DNA of 64,000 nt. Source: Macrostomum hystrix (Eukaryota; Animalia; Platyhelminthes). The stretch spans positions 2,976,001-3,040,000 of the forward strand of contig CATNEN010000010.1 in NCBI GenBank assembly GCA_950097015.1. The letters are read 5' to 3'. Numbering within the stretch: position 1 is the first letter of the stretch; every line of letters begins with the position of its first letter. Of this stretch, positions 1 through 11,846 are shown in pieces. Below the pieces are notes generated by a model that saw only the letters and a list, made by a program, of their open reading frames with translations, was not told the DNA's origin and made no database searches. Position numbers and translations under genes: made by a program.

Positions 1-143
1 ATGAAATCAACAAATGACACTAAAATTATTAATAAGCGTACGACATTGTCATGTTTAGTAAGATTTATTAATAGCAAAATACACTAGCATGCAAAAACAC
101 AACTAATACAACTAATTTACAACAAGTAGGGCATACAACTCAC

Positions 144-2250
144 CATTTTAACAGCCTGTTCTAGGAAAGCTTTGATCTCTTCAGCGGCCCGCTTCGCTTT
201 TAACTCGGCGCGATTTTGATAATCCTCAACGCAGATTAGTACATGCAGCTCTTCAGACAAGTGCTCCCAGTTCGGCTTGCCACGGTTCTGATCCTCCTGA
301 GTAAGCAGTAGAAAGTACTCTGTCAGTTTGCCTAACTCTTTAAACATCAAGGCTTAAAGCCTGCAACATATCAAAGCGAATGAGTTTTACCTTCTTCTTG
401 TCGCGCATGGAGCCCTTGCCACGGACCATTATCTTGCAGTCCAGGTCAGTCTCCAGCTGCTTGGCTGTCATACCCCGTGGTCCAAGCAGTCGGCCAACAA
501 AGTTATAGCTTGGATTGTCCTTCACAGGAATGAAGACTTTCTCCTGCACAGTCACCATGGGGCCCTCGCCCTCAGGCAGCTCATCAGAGGCACGCTTGGC
601 GCCATTGAAATGGAACAGCTGGCTCCGAACTCGTGTGATCTCTGTTACAGTAGAAAGTCAATGATTATTTGCAGATTTTGTAAAAGTAAAAACTGACTGT
701 AAATGAGCATAAACTTAAACAAAAAATCAATATGCCTAGTGTGTCAAGAAATGCAACAATAGCCAAACTGATTGACAAAATAAATATGTATCTTTTGATA
801 GCATAAATGAAAGTACTGCGAGATACATTTAAACTAGGAACTTATTCACTGCTACTGGGGGGAATCTGTTCTCTACTGCTGGGGGGACATTCGTTTTTTA
901 CTTTTTACTGTTGAGGGGATAGTATTCACATGTACTTTAGTAGCATTAAGCTGAGTTGTATCAAACGTAAGTTACTTGTGTAATTTTGCCCCAATGGGGC
1001 TCTTGGTGTACAGACCAGATGTCTCAGAATGTATTCAAGCTCAGATGGACTATTTTTGCATTTAGTGAGAATTCCAATTCTCTTTGATTTGCAATCACAT
1101 ATATTCGCAATCAGGGAAATTAATACGGACGAAATGAGTTTATGTTTTTGTTTGCTTTCAGGTGTTTTGTCCCTATGCATTGCACAAGATTTTTTTGTCT
1201 GAACATTAGTGTCCCCCAAGGGGGGCTTAGTGGGCTAGTTAATTTACTAAAATATAAATTATTAAAACATTTTTTTGCTTTATACATAGGGGAATTCAGT
1301 TAGCTATTTTAGTTACATGTATGTGTAGTTAACTATATAAAATTGTTATAAAGAAGCTTATCTAGAATTACAAGCATACAATAATTCCTACTTTCTATAA
1401 AAACCATATTTATCAGTATAGTATAGTTTAGAATATTACAACAGCATCGTACTTCAACTTGGCATATAAATCTGTTCATATAAATCAACAAATCACAGTT
1501 AGAACATTGGCCAGACAAATTTAGCATAAAATTATAAAGATTATGGTTGGGACTATATATAATACAGTCTTGATATAATTGTCAAAATCATAAAGAAATT
1601 CAAAAATTCTAGCAGATGACCAGAAGATATAACTATACATGCAAGCAACTTGCAAAGTGCTGCACTAGGCCAACACAAATATTTTTTTGATTTTTGCTGA
1701 AAATAAAGTGTCAAATAAAAACTCTTAATGCAAAAATGAAATATATAGGATATAATATGTATAGTCATAATCTGTTTTGCTAAAGAGGTCCTAGCATACA
1801 CAACTTAGAACACAAATAGACAAAAAATTAGGCATAGCATTTCTAGCTACATTATTATATTATGACAAAAGCTAATGCTCGATTAAAAGTCTGTTGCAAA
1901 AGGCTAGGAATTGAATTAAGGTAATCGAAAAAAAGTTAAAATACAATATAGGATTGCTTCACATCTCTAAACCACATACCTGATTCCAGAATTTTATCAA
2001 GATGATTAAAGAAATTTGGCAAACTCTGCAGATTCTTCTTATCTTTCAAAAGTTCTTGCAGATATTCTGGGGTTATCTTTGGCAAACTGACACTAGATAT
2101 TGCTCCTGCTGACGATGAAGAATGACTGCTAGCACTAGGAGAGTGGTGCATGTGTGGAAGACCAGACGAATTTTGAGAATTTAAATGGTTAGAGTTGTTC
2201 ATCGGCTGCATAATGTTAACAAGTGCTGACTGTGCAATTCCAACAGACAT
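144..2250 (-). CDS. QKI: Quaking/held-out-wings-like STAR-family KH RNA-binding protein, 3'-partial. Exons 2250-1980, 641-391, 296-144; continues beyond the left edge
   Basis: Spliced translation has QUA1 ([32 protein letters not shown]) and KH ([48 protein letters not shown]). All junctions are GT-AG and phase-compatible (271+251+153 nt). Confidence 0.93.
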
Positions 2251-2767
2251 TATATGTACAAAGCTTAAACTAGCAGTGTCATTGACGCCGAATCAGCCAC
2301 GAAACTTTAAAAGCGGCACTATGGGATTAAAAGGCTGTAAAAAGTTTAGTCTTGTACCTTTCAAGCGACTACTCAAATTCTTAATGCCGAGGGAGGCCTT
2401 GACTGTGACGTGGGCTTTTTATGGCCTACAACAGAAAAGCATGTTGTTGATTCTATGAAAATTGCTTTTATAAAGTGTGCGAGATGTTTTTAATTAGTAT
2501 AACAAATGTAACTGTAATGTTTCTCAGAGAACATTTTATTTGTAGTATTTGTGTCATGAAATATATTTTTTGCACATGCATATTTATGAAACAATTCATA
2601 TTTTTATGTGTTATATAATTTTCAAATGCCGATACAATTACGTGGACGCGCACCGCCGCAAGTTAAAGGAATTTAAGTACTTTCTTTTTTCTACGGCTAA
2701 AAGGTTGATTTCCTTTTACGAACAGCCTAAGTCATAAAAATTAACAGTAAACCATTTCTTAGCGAAG
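2251..2767. promoter_or_regulatory. Putative bidirectional promoter between divergent QKI and RPN1
   Basis: Divergent ATGs at 2250(-) and 2768(+) are 517 bp apart. AT-rich, with a short GC-rich patch (ggacgcgcaccgccgc, ~2643-2660). Inferred from geometry only. Confidence 0.5.
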
Positions 2768-5700
2768 ATGGAAAAGACGTTCCTTATCGCTTTTTTCCTA
2801 TTAATGCTTTCTGCATCAAACTGCAGTGAGCACATAAAGAATTCTAAAGTAGTTCGTAAAATTGACCTAAGTACACAAGTAGTTAAGATCGAAACTGTTA
2901 TCTCTTCTGACAATTTCGGTTCAACTTACCTATTTGCTGCAGAGCCAGGATATGAAGATAATATCGCTTTTATTGGTGCATCTGTAAGTTCATATATTTT
3001 ATCTTTTTTCAGCCCTTTTTTGCCATACATTGTGAATTTTTTAATGATGTTTGTGTTGATTTTCTGGTTTTGTTTTCGACGCTGCTTTTGTCTGTAACCA
3101 TTACATGTAATGTTTGTAACCATTTTGAGAGGTGTCATTCTTTATACTTTTTAAATAAAAAATTTAGGAGTTCTTGCCATTTTTATATCATAGCTAGCAT
3201 TCTACAAATGGAAATTGTCATAGGCATCACCTTAATTATTTATATTGGAATCATCAGATGTACTAACAGAAATAGCTAGTGCCAAAAATAATTTAAACTA
3301 AAGTTGAACGAATGCCAACTTTTAACTCTAATAAGATTACTTATCTATTTGGCCTTGTTCAATAACATTATTTTATTAGGCAATGTACAAAGAAATAAAC
3401 TACAAGTACTAAGTACAAATACTTTAAAGTTTTTTTAGAATGACTAGGGAATCTTTTCTATATACATAAAAATGTCTGACACTGATAATAAAAAAACATC
3501 TAAACAAGAAGTAAAAGTTTGTTAGCTTTTACATTACATGTAAGTTATATATTGCTACACTTCAGGGCATAGCTAATGTGCCCAAAAGCTACAAAATTAT
3601 GGACATGACTGCTGTGTCCACACTATAGTCTTGGCTTGCTTATAGACATTGCAGCCATGTTTATAATGTTGGAAGTTCTAGGAACTGCGCATCACTGCCC
3701 CAAAGTAGTATGTCTATGGTTATAAAATGATACCATAGGGTATCAATTTACCCTATTTTATTTTGTTTAGTATATCACATGGTTAGCAGGTTAAAAAGGA
3801 CAAGAAAAATTAAAAAAAATGTAATAAATTATTATTAACACATTTTTCTTTTTTAGCTTGCTAATGCTTTCATTTCAATAATCTTTAAATGAGAAAATAA
3901 TCATTTGCCTTTCACAAAAAACTTAAATTTTTTCAGACAAAGTCTGGTGAGGAATCCCCACCATTACCAATCAAGACTGTTACTAAGAATGGAAAACAGT
4001 GAGTTGATTCAAAGTTTATTTTGGTGATGAAATTTTAAGGATTGACTGTTTGCTGGTTTGATCTAAAGGGAGTGTAATACCCTCAAACCTCAATTTGCCA
4101 CCTGACAGGCTGTACGAAATCGCCATTGGCACGCGTCCCTCAAGCCTGGTGGTGACGGCTCACTACACGCACAAGCTGGTGCCCTATCCCAGCGAGATAA
4201 CCCAGGCTGAGCGGCAGTTCCTGCGCTTCATTGGCAACGCCAAATTCTACTCGCCTTACGCTAGCGACTCTGTCGAGACACAGATTGTCACAGCTAATCC
4301 GAACATTCTGGATTACACCAATCTGCAGCCGGTCAACAAGCAGGAGTCCACTATCACCTATGGACCATTTAGTAATGTGCCCGCCTTCACCCAGCAGGAG
4401 GCAAGTTTACATATGCGCTTACTTTTGTAATTTGACTGAAGTTTAGTACATTTAAGGAAGTTAAAAAGAAGTATCAAAATTTACATTTTATTCCTATCTT
4501 ATCCCGCTTAGGTTAAAAAATCTTGGTCCACTTTTCCGTATCTCAAGACTATAAACCTGTAAATTTCTTGTTTTATTTTCCTCGTCTTACTTCCCGTATT
4601 CCTTGCCAACTTGGCCTATTAAACCGACATTTACTTTTTTCTTTCCATATCTTAGGTAAGCGTGCACTACGAGAACAATGCTCCATTCCTCACCATCGTG
4701 GACATGCTGCGTCATATTGAGGTGTCTCACTGGGGCAACATAGCCGTGGAAGAGAAGGTTCACGTCGTCCACTCCGGCGCCAAGCTGAAGGGCAGCTTCT
4801 CTCGCTACGAGTACCAGCGTAAGAACGACGGCGTCTCCAGCGTGCGCGCGTACAAGACCGTCCTGCCGGCCTCCGCCAAGGATGTCTACTATCGGGACGA
4901 CATCGGCAACATCAGCACGTCCAACCTGCGTGAACTGATCGACTCAGTTGAGATTGAACTGCGGCCCCGATTTCCTCTGTTCGGCGGCTGGAACACCGAC
5001 TACATCATTGGCTACAATGTGCCCAGCTACGAGTACCTATTCAACAGTGGCAACCAGTACGCCCTGCGCATTCGCTTCATTGATCACGTCCACGACGACA
5101 TGGTGGTGGACCGCGTCACCGTCAAGATTGTGCTGCCCGAGCTGGCAACCAACCTGCGCTACGAGGCGCCCTATCCAGTGATTGAGGGACCTCGCGAGCT
5201 AATCAAAACCTACCTGGACACTGTGGGACGACCAGTTCTGGTGCTAAGCAAGGTGAGGCACAGTTTTCATTCCTTAGTTTCCGTTTTTTCCTGCATTGAT
5301 AAACTTTACTTCGTTAACAAAGCTTCATTCTCTTCCTGCAATTCCGCGCAGGCCAACCTAGTTGACCAGCACATCCAGGAGCTGGTGGTTCGCTACGAGT
5401 TCGCCTCCTGGTCCCTGATTCGCGAGCCCCTGATGGCCACCGCCTTCTTCCTAGTGCTGTTCCTCAGCGTCATCCTGGCTGTCCGGCTCAACTTCTCCAT
5501 CGTGCAGGACGCCAGCGTCGAGATGAAGCAGCGCCTCGGCTGCCTGACCTCCGAGATCGTCACCCTTCAAGACAAGCGCTCGGCTCTGTACCAGTGCTAC
5601 GAGGACGCCATCAACAAGTTCAAGGCCGGCAAGGACCACAACCGGTTCAAGGCCGATGTTGCCAAGGTTTGTAGCGCTAAAAGTTCTCAATATAGGAGGA

Positions 5701-6665
5701 ACAATGAGTAGAAACACGGAGAAGACAGGTGCCCATACCCGCTAAAAAATAGGGATGTTTCTTTGGGTGATTCCAGTTGGAATCTGCGGTGTTTCCAGAA
5801 AAAGAAACAGCCGAACGCTGGAAACATACCAATCGGATGATTCCATGCTTAGAATCTACCCATCTGGGCGTTTTCTCGGTGCTTCTTGGTGGCGAAATGG
5901 AATCACCCAAAGAATCCTCCAGTTCGGAAGATTCCATGCTCAGAAACCGCCGAGGAATCGCCCGTAAATAATTTTCTGATTGTCCCATGGGCCACTGGTT
6001 CGGGTGATTCTTCGGCGGTTTCCGCACAATTGACGGTTACATCGGCTGCTTCCTGGTGGTTTCTTTAACTCTTGTGAGATAGGGGGGATTTTGGTAGATT
6101 CCACTCCTATTTTGCACAAAAAACCCGCCGAAGAAGCAGCCGAATTTTTTACAGGGTATTTGCTAGTTCCTGTGGGCCCATGATTTCCTATTTGCGGCCC
6201 TCAGCCGGTCCTACCTGCAATGGCCTTTTTAGGGATGCAGTTTTAGAGGCCAAAACAAGGAGTGTCTAGCAAATCAGATGAGACCCGTGAGCTTTGGAGA
6301 TTCGACTATTTAAAAATGTAATAATATTTACCTTCGCTCATGGCAGTTCTGAGGAGTAAAATTAACCCCATCTTTGCCAGGTCACCGCCGATCACAAGGC
6401 CCTGACCAAGAAGGTCACGGAGCTGATCAATTCTATCCGCAGCGATCCGGGCTTCTCTGCCCCGGCCGACCTGCTGGAACGCCTGAAGGATTTGAACACC
6501 CAGGACGCCCGCCTGGTTGAGCAACTTCAGTCCGCCGCCAGCCAGGCCGAGGCTCTGGTCTCCGGGCGCATCACGCGCCAGCAGTACCTGGAGGCCGACG
6601 CCAAGTACGTCAAGAGCAAGGAGGACGCTTTCGCTCGCATTGAGCAGCTGGTTGAGGGTCTCTGA
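2768..6665 (+). CDS. RPN1: Ribophorin I (oligosaccharyltransferase subunit 1), 588 aa. Exons 2768-2983, 3937-3998, 4109-4400, 4656-5252, 5352-5666, 6381-6665
   Basis: Signal peptide, then V.RKIDLSTQVVK, HYENNAPFLTI, IEVSHWGNIAVEE, GSFSRYEYQ, YYRDDIGNISTS, ELRPRFPLFGGW, TYLDTVGRP and a TM helix (EPLMATAFFLVLFLSVILAVRL). Exon sum is 1767 nt, in frame; intron 3 is GC-AG. Confidence 0.96.
5736..6158. mobile_element. Foldback/MITE-like insertion in RPN1 intron 5
   Basis: Imperfect terminal inverted repeats tacccgctaaaaaa / tttttacagggta. Internal inverted pairs ctttgggtgattcca (5761) / tggaatcacccaaag (~5899) and aaaccgccga (~5944) / tcggcggttt (~6012). No target-site duplication (TSD) identified. 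Confidence 0.4.
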
Positions 6666-7639
6666 GCTCTCGCTGCGAAGTTTTTGGACTATATCTGAGT
6701 TGGAGATGGAGCTGGATTGGGAAGGATCTGTTGCGCAATGCCATCGGAAAAAATTACTATTCAAAGCAACTAATTAACTATGCTTAATACAGTAGTGGAT
6801 GTGGGTGCCTTTTGAATTTCAGTTTCTACTGTTTTATGATTCTAGCGTTCCAGTTCTGTCAGTTAAGAAAACAAATCTTGAAAAGAATATGCTCGTTACA
6901 TAGCTACTACAAGTAGTATAAGGATATTGGGTAGTTTTGGATTATTTGCTCTTTGTTTCTAGTTGTTCTTGTTGTCTTAGTTGTTCGACTGTCAAAACTT
7001 CTCTAGCTAATTAATTAGTTCGTATGCTTTAGGAATAAAATCAATGTTTTAGTCTTAAATGATAACTTATATCCTAGTTGGTACTGGTCATTGCATATAA
7101 AACTGTTTAAATCATTTTCCGGTTCGATCAAACAGCCTGCCGACACATTTTATCTGACTTTGTAGCCCCGGCCGTCAATGAAATCTGAAATTCTTTAGCA
7201 ATCGGCAATAATCATAATTATTCAATAGTAGCGCTGCTTTTTCTCTGTTTGTTAGCACTCTAAAACAATTTCCTCTTCTTTATTAATAATAACTTATAGT
7301 CTGTTGTGTGTTTTCTATTGTTTATCCGCCACCCCCTCACAATACAATTTTCGGTGCGTTGTGTCCGTGCCAAAGCCGCCCCTGGCGCAAGGCGCTGCTG
7401 AGTGCAAAGGTTAACATAAAATCTGACATGGTGAAGTCCTCTGAAGCTATTTAGTTAATACATTATGATTCATTTCTGAATCGGCCTCCTTTTCGCCATC
7501 TTTCTGCCTGTCCCAGTGCTTAAAATTCTACAAGATTCAGATTTTGCTTGATTTTATTTTATTTTTTATTTGCTTTACATGCTAGGCCAATACCAACTTA
7601 GCCTGTAGAGATTCATTTTCTAATGGCGAGTATGGGATT

Positions 7640-7853
7640 AGTGACAGATCAGTAACGAGTACGAATCTTGCACCAAGGTCCCGAAGCTCGAATCCGCGGC
7701 TAGAAAGCTTTAGGAGCTTGTCGTGCAATTTTACTCCTATTGGGGCTAACCCAAGGCCCAGTGGGAGTGTACACTGAGTATAGACAAGACAATAGAATAG
7801 TCCGGGTATATAAGTATATACCTGTGTGAAATAATACTAATAATAATAATTAT
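7640..7853 (+). mobile_element. Possible degenerate tRNA-derived SINE with (AAT)n tail
   Basis: aggtcccgaagctcgaatccgcggc is B-box-like and resembles the head of the SINE at 35352. Ends in taataataataat. Confidence 0.3.
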
Positions 7854-8244
7854 TATTTTTGATTTCACCTGTCCGAACTAAATCAGATGAGCAGTCGACA
7901 GCACAGCCGCAGCTATTGCGCTGCGCATCTGAACGTCTCGCCATAAACAGTGGCCTATCTATAGCACATTTATGCAAGGTTAATAAGCGAATGTAATTTA
8001 CCACATACCTCATCCACACAGTTATCATCATCAACATATGTTCAGAAACAGATGCTTTAGGCTTTGTGTAGTTCCCGAGGTGGGACCAGCCTAGCTTTCC
8101 ACCTGCCTGCGAGCTGGACCATGACGCCTTACCAACCACTATAGTAGATGCAACACCAACATGAGCCATACTCGTGTATGCTTAAAGCTTTTGCCCATGG
8201 CAGACAGAATTCTTACTGACCGAACAAGAGGGGGCGAGTAGCAG

Positions 8245-8498
8245 AGTGTATGAGCTCGATTCCGCGGCGCGGCCACATTGATTTGGGGCGCAGCCGCGGA
8301 GAAATGGCTTGGGGAGTTGTCCTGCATTTTACGCCCTTGAGGACCAAACTCCAAAGCACAGTGAAGTGTACACTGCCTGACGATGAGAAAGTCGGGGCAG
8401 GTGTGCACATTGTTTGAACAGGAGTCAGCGGAATGGGCAAAATTGCCACTGGCTGGCTGCGGGTCTAGTATCACCAAATGTGCCATTGCCCTCCTGCA
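8245..8498 (+). mobile_element. tRNA-derived SINE family B, copy 1 (5'-truncated)
   Basis: Colinear with 35412-35636: gagctcgattccgc.gcg.ggccacatt.atttgggg.gcagccgcggaga ... cactgcctgacgatgagaaagtc.gggcag ... gcgggtctagt.tcaccaaatg. Confidence 0.6.
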
Positions 8499-9126
8499 CG
8501 CAAGACAAAAATGGCCAAGAAGCCACAGGCGCTGTAGTTGCAGGGTGCGATGTTGCGTAGGAGCTTTTGTTTGAGATCGTCTCCGGTACCGGATCCCCAG
8601 AGAATACCTGAGCATCTCTAGATAGATAATAGTTAAAACAGGGGTAACCAATGACTGCTATATCTTTTTACATTGATGTTTGCTTCTGACATTTTATGCT
8701 TAGCCTAATATAATAATGAACCTTTGAGTTTATGAAACTGGGTGATTTTATTGTTTCAGTGAAAGGGAGTGAAAACCAATGGCCGAAAGTTTCCCCTTGT
8801 AGTATTTATGAGGTAACGGATTGTATTGCAGACTGCCAATCAGTTAACCTGCAATTTAGTCGAGAACTCTCATTGGTCAGCTCTGCGGTAGATGTGAGCT
8901 TCCAATGCCTATTAAATGGTTCTCGTGACTGGCCTTGTTCCCAACCAGAATCGTCAGTCAGTTAGTCTTCTAAATGATTAAGTTGCCAGAGAGAGTAGGT
9001 ACGCTCGTATTCCAAACCTTTAGAGAAGCATCCGGTCTGTTAGAGTGCATCGCAACGTCATCATGAGGCTGTTACCGGCTCATGCAGTAGTAATTAAGTC
9101 TCCCTGCCGCGCTGGCTCAGTTTTTT

Positions 9127-11846
9127 GTGCACGCCTTAGCCCGATTCGCCAGCCGCGAAGAATCCATCCAGCCCAGGGAGGACGAGCTGCTGGCTGCTGT
9201 CGTCTCGGACGACACCGACATCATAGAGAGTATCATATCGTTTGGCAAGAATGTCGACAACTTCATCTACATCGATGGACAATTACTGACTCCAGTGATG
9301 ATTGCCTGCCTGTTCGGCAAGCCTGCTCCCCTCGCCAAGCTGATTGGCTACAACGTTGAGCTTGACCGCCAGAACGGACGGAATCACGGCATTGCAGCTC
9401 GCATCAATACACGGTTATCATCAGGTGGTTGCAACCAATCGCTTATCAACGCGTAGGTTGACGTCAATCTTCACGGCTGTTCGCCTCTCTACTTAGCTCT
9501 TCGATTTGGGCATTGTCGAGAGGTTAAACTGCTCATCAATGCTCAAGCTGCAGTTGACTAGCAAGACAACACTGGCGAGTCGCCTCTGCACGCGGCGTCA
9601 CGATGCAGCAGTCATCATCCTGTAGTTGAGCTGCTCATCAGAGCACACGCTGACGTCAATGTTCAGAACAACTCTGGCGAGACACCCTTTATGGCCTGCC
9701 TGTACAGCTATCAAATTATTGAGTCGCTTCTCAGAGTGCGAGCCGACGTCAACGTAAAAAATATGGACGGCGTTTCAGCCCTCCACGCAGCCTCTCTGAC
9801 GGGCGATTCGCAGTTAGTCAGCTTGGCCATCAGCGTTCTGGCGGATGTCAACCTACAAATAAACGCTGGCGATTCAGCACTGTAACATCGCGTCAATGCA
9901 CGGCCACAATCAGGTTGTGGAATCCCTCATCAAAGCTCACGCCGAAGTCAACCTTCAACGAAACATCGGCTCGTCTCCGCTAGACATCGCAGCGTATAAC
10001 GGCCATCACCAGGTCGTCGAGTCGCTCATTAAAGCGCAGGCAGATGTCAATCTGCAAAAAACACTGGCTCTTCCCCACTGTACATTGCCTCACAAAATGG
10101 TCATCATCGAGTTGCCGAGCTGCTCATCGCGGCTCATGTGGAAGTTGATACTAGAAATACTGAAGGTTGCTCACCTCTGTATGTTGCTTCTCAAAATGGG
10201 CACCTGCAGCTGGTGGTTGAGTTACTCATCAAGGCTTTATCAGACGTCAATCATCGGCACGGGGTCTATGGCTGCTTGCCCTTGTACATTGGCTGGCAAA
10301 ATGGTCACAATCGAGTTGTGAAGCAGCTCACCCGAGCGCAAGCCTGCGGTCATACGCTGGAACAATGTGAATGGCTTGTCTCCCTTGGAAATTGCGGTAC
10401 AGAATGTTCAGCGCGATGTTGTGGACTCTGATTAGTTCTCACTTTTCTCATATCTGCCTCCTCTGACCGGAAGATTTAGGCTGGGCTGGCGTCTCAAATG
10501 AGCATCATCGAGGGCCGCGCGGAGGCTCTGTTGATGAGGAGAAACCGAGAGGTCTACAATTCTCCTCATGCATAGAAAGGAAAGGCTTGGGGTGTAAAAA
10601 GCAACAAATTAGAACATTTTTATTGGTTCATCGATCGGAATATATTTTTCCGCTCACCAATCACACCTGGCTCGGAATCTCAATCTGCAATTTCAGTCCC
10701 AGCTGCGCAGAGCTGAGTAAAGAGCTGCATTACGCACTCACTCAGTCGGGGTTCGTACAATCCAGAACTGGCATGCAGAGCGCTGCTACCGATGTGCTTC
10801 AGGCTATCCAGAGAAAAATAAAGTCTGATGACGGAATTCACGTAGTCGGCAGCTTTTCCGAGGGCTGGGGAAACAGCTTGATTACACTCGATGGTAGAAC
10901 GGATATTGAGTTCGATATCGACATGATGCAGCTGCTACCTGGAAGGCCTTTTCACCTGAGAGGACTGTGCGATTGCAAGGTAGAATTCGCACAAACCGTA
11001 GAGTATAGCAATGGACACATTCTGAGCTCTGGCTATGGTGAGACTTGGTTGACTTGATGAATTTGTTTATGAGTGACACATACAAATGCAATGGTGAATA
11101 CGAAATAACCTTAATGACTTCAATGTTGCAGTCGACAACCCAGGGACGGCTTACGTCGGCTCCGCTCTCAGGCCAGCGGTGGATCTATAGTCACCGCCCG
11201 CCGTCTCTGCCGCTACCCTCCCATCGCACCGCTGCACCGCCCGAGCCTCCACCTCTAACATCCCGCATTCGGTGCTGCAGTCGCTCCAAAAAGAGATGAA
11301 GTCGCCTGCCTGTCACGTGGTGCAGGCAGCTACTCCTGGAATGGCGGGCCAGCAGCTCTGTGTGAGCACCAGCTTCTTGGAAAGGCGGCAGCTGCGGTGT
11401 CTGGGAACTTTGCAGGCGGTTTCTCTAAACTGGTTACTGAAGAAGGGCTTCAAGTCCTATCACGCAAAGACAATCACCTTCCGAATGCAGGAGGAACCGG
11501 GTGAGCAGTGGACGCCGAGACGCACGAGCTACAGATGCTGCTTGATGGCATGGAGAGCAGCAGCCGATGTGAAAGACTCGACGGTCGAATCATGCAACAT
11601 TTCTTTCTGAGCGATGCCGCCGTCTACCTCAGAGGGGTTGACCCAAATTCAGAAGACAGCGCGTGGAAAACCTTGAATGCTGCAGCCGACGCCTTGATTG
11701 ACGCCTTCAATCAATTGCCCCAAATGCTTCGGCAATTCAAGGACAGTCTGCAACTTGTCAGCAATGGCTGGTTCCGCTTCCACCCTTCCTGGTTCTTTCA
11801 ACTTTGGACACAAACCTTTTTAAATATTAAAAGTATGCTTTTATAA
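9127..11846 (+). pseudogene. Ankyrin-repeat + Mab-21/cGAS-like nucleotidyltransferase (cGLR-type) gene, disrupted
   Basis: About 11-12 ankyrin repeats (e.g. GSSPLDIAAYNGHHQVVESLIKAQADVN). Then the NTase motif VVGSFSEGWG..DIEFDIDMM, and Mab-21-like CHVVQAA, STSFLERR, KSYHAKTITFRM and MQHFFL segments. In-frame stops at 9454, 9559 and 11188; frameshifts near 9884, 10060 and 11520. Probable introns ~10550-10696 and 11038-11131. The 5' end is uncertain. Confidence 0.8.
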
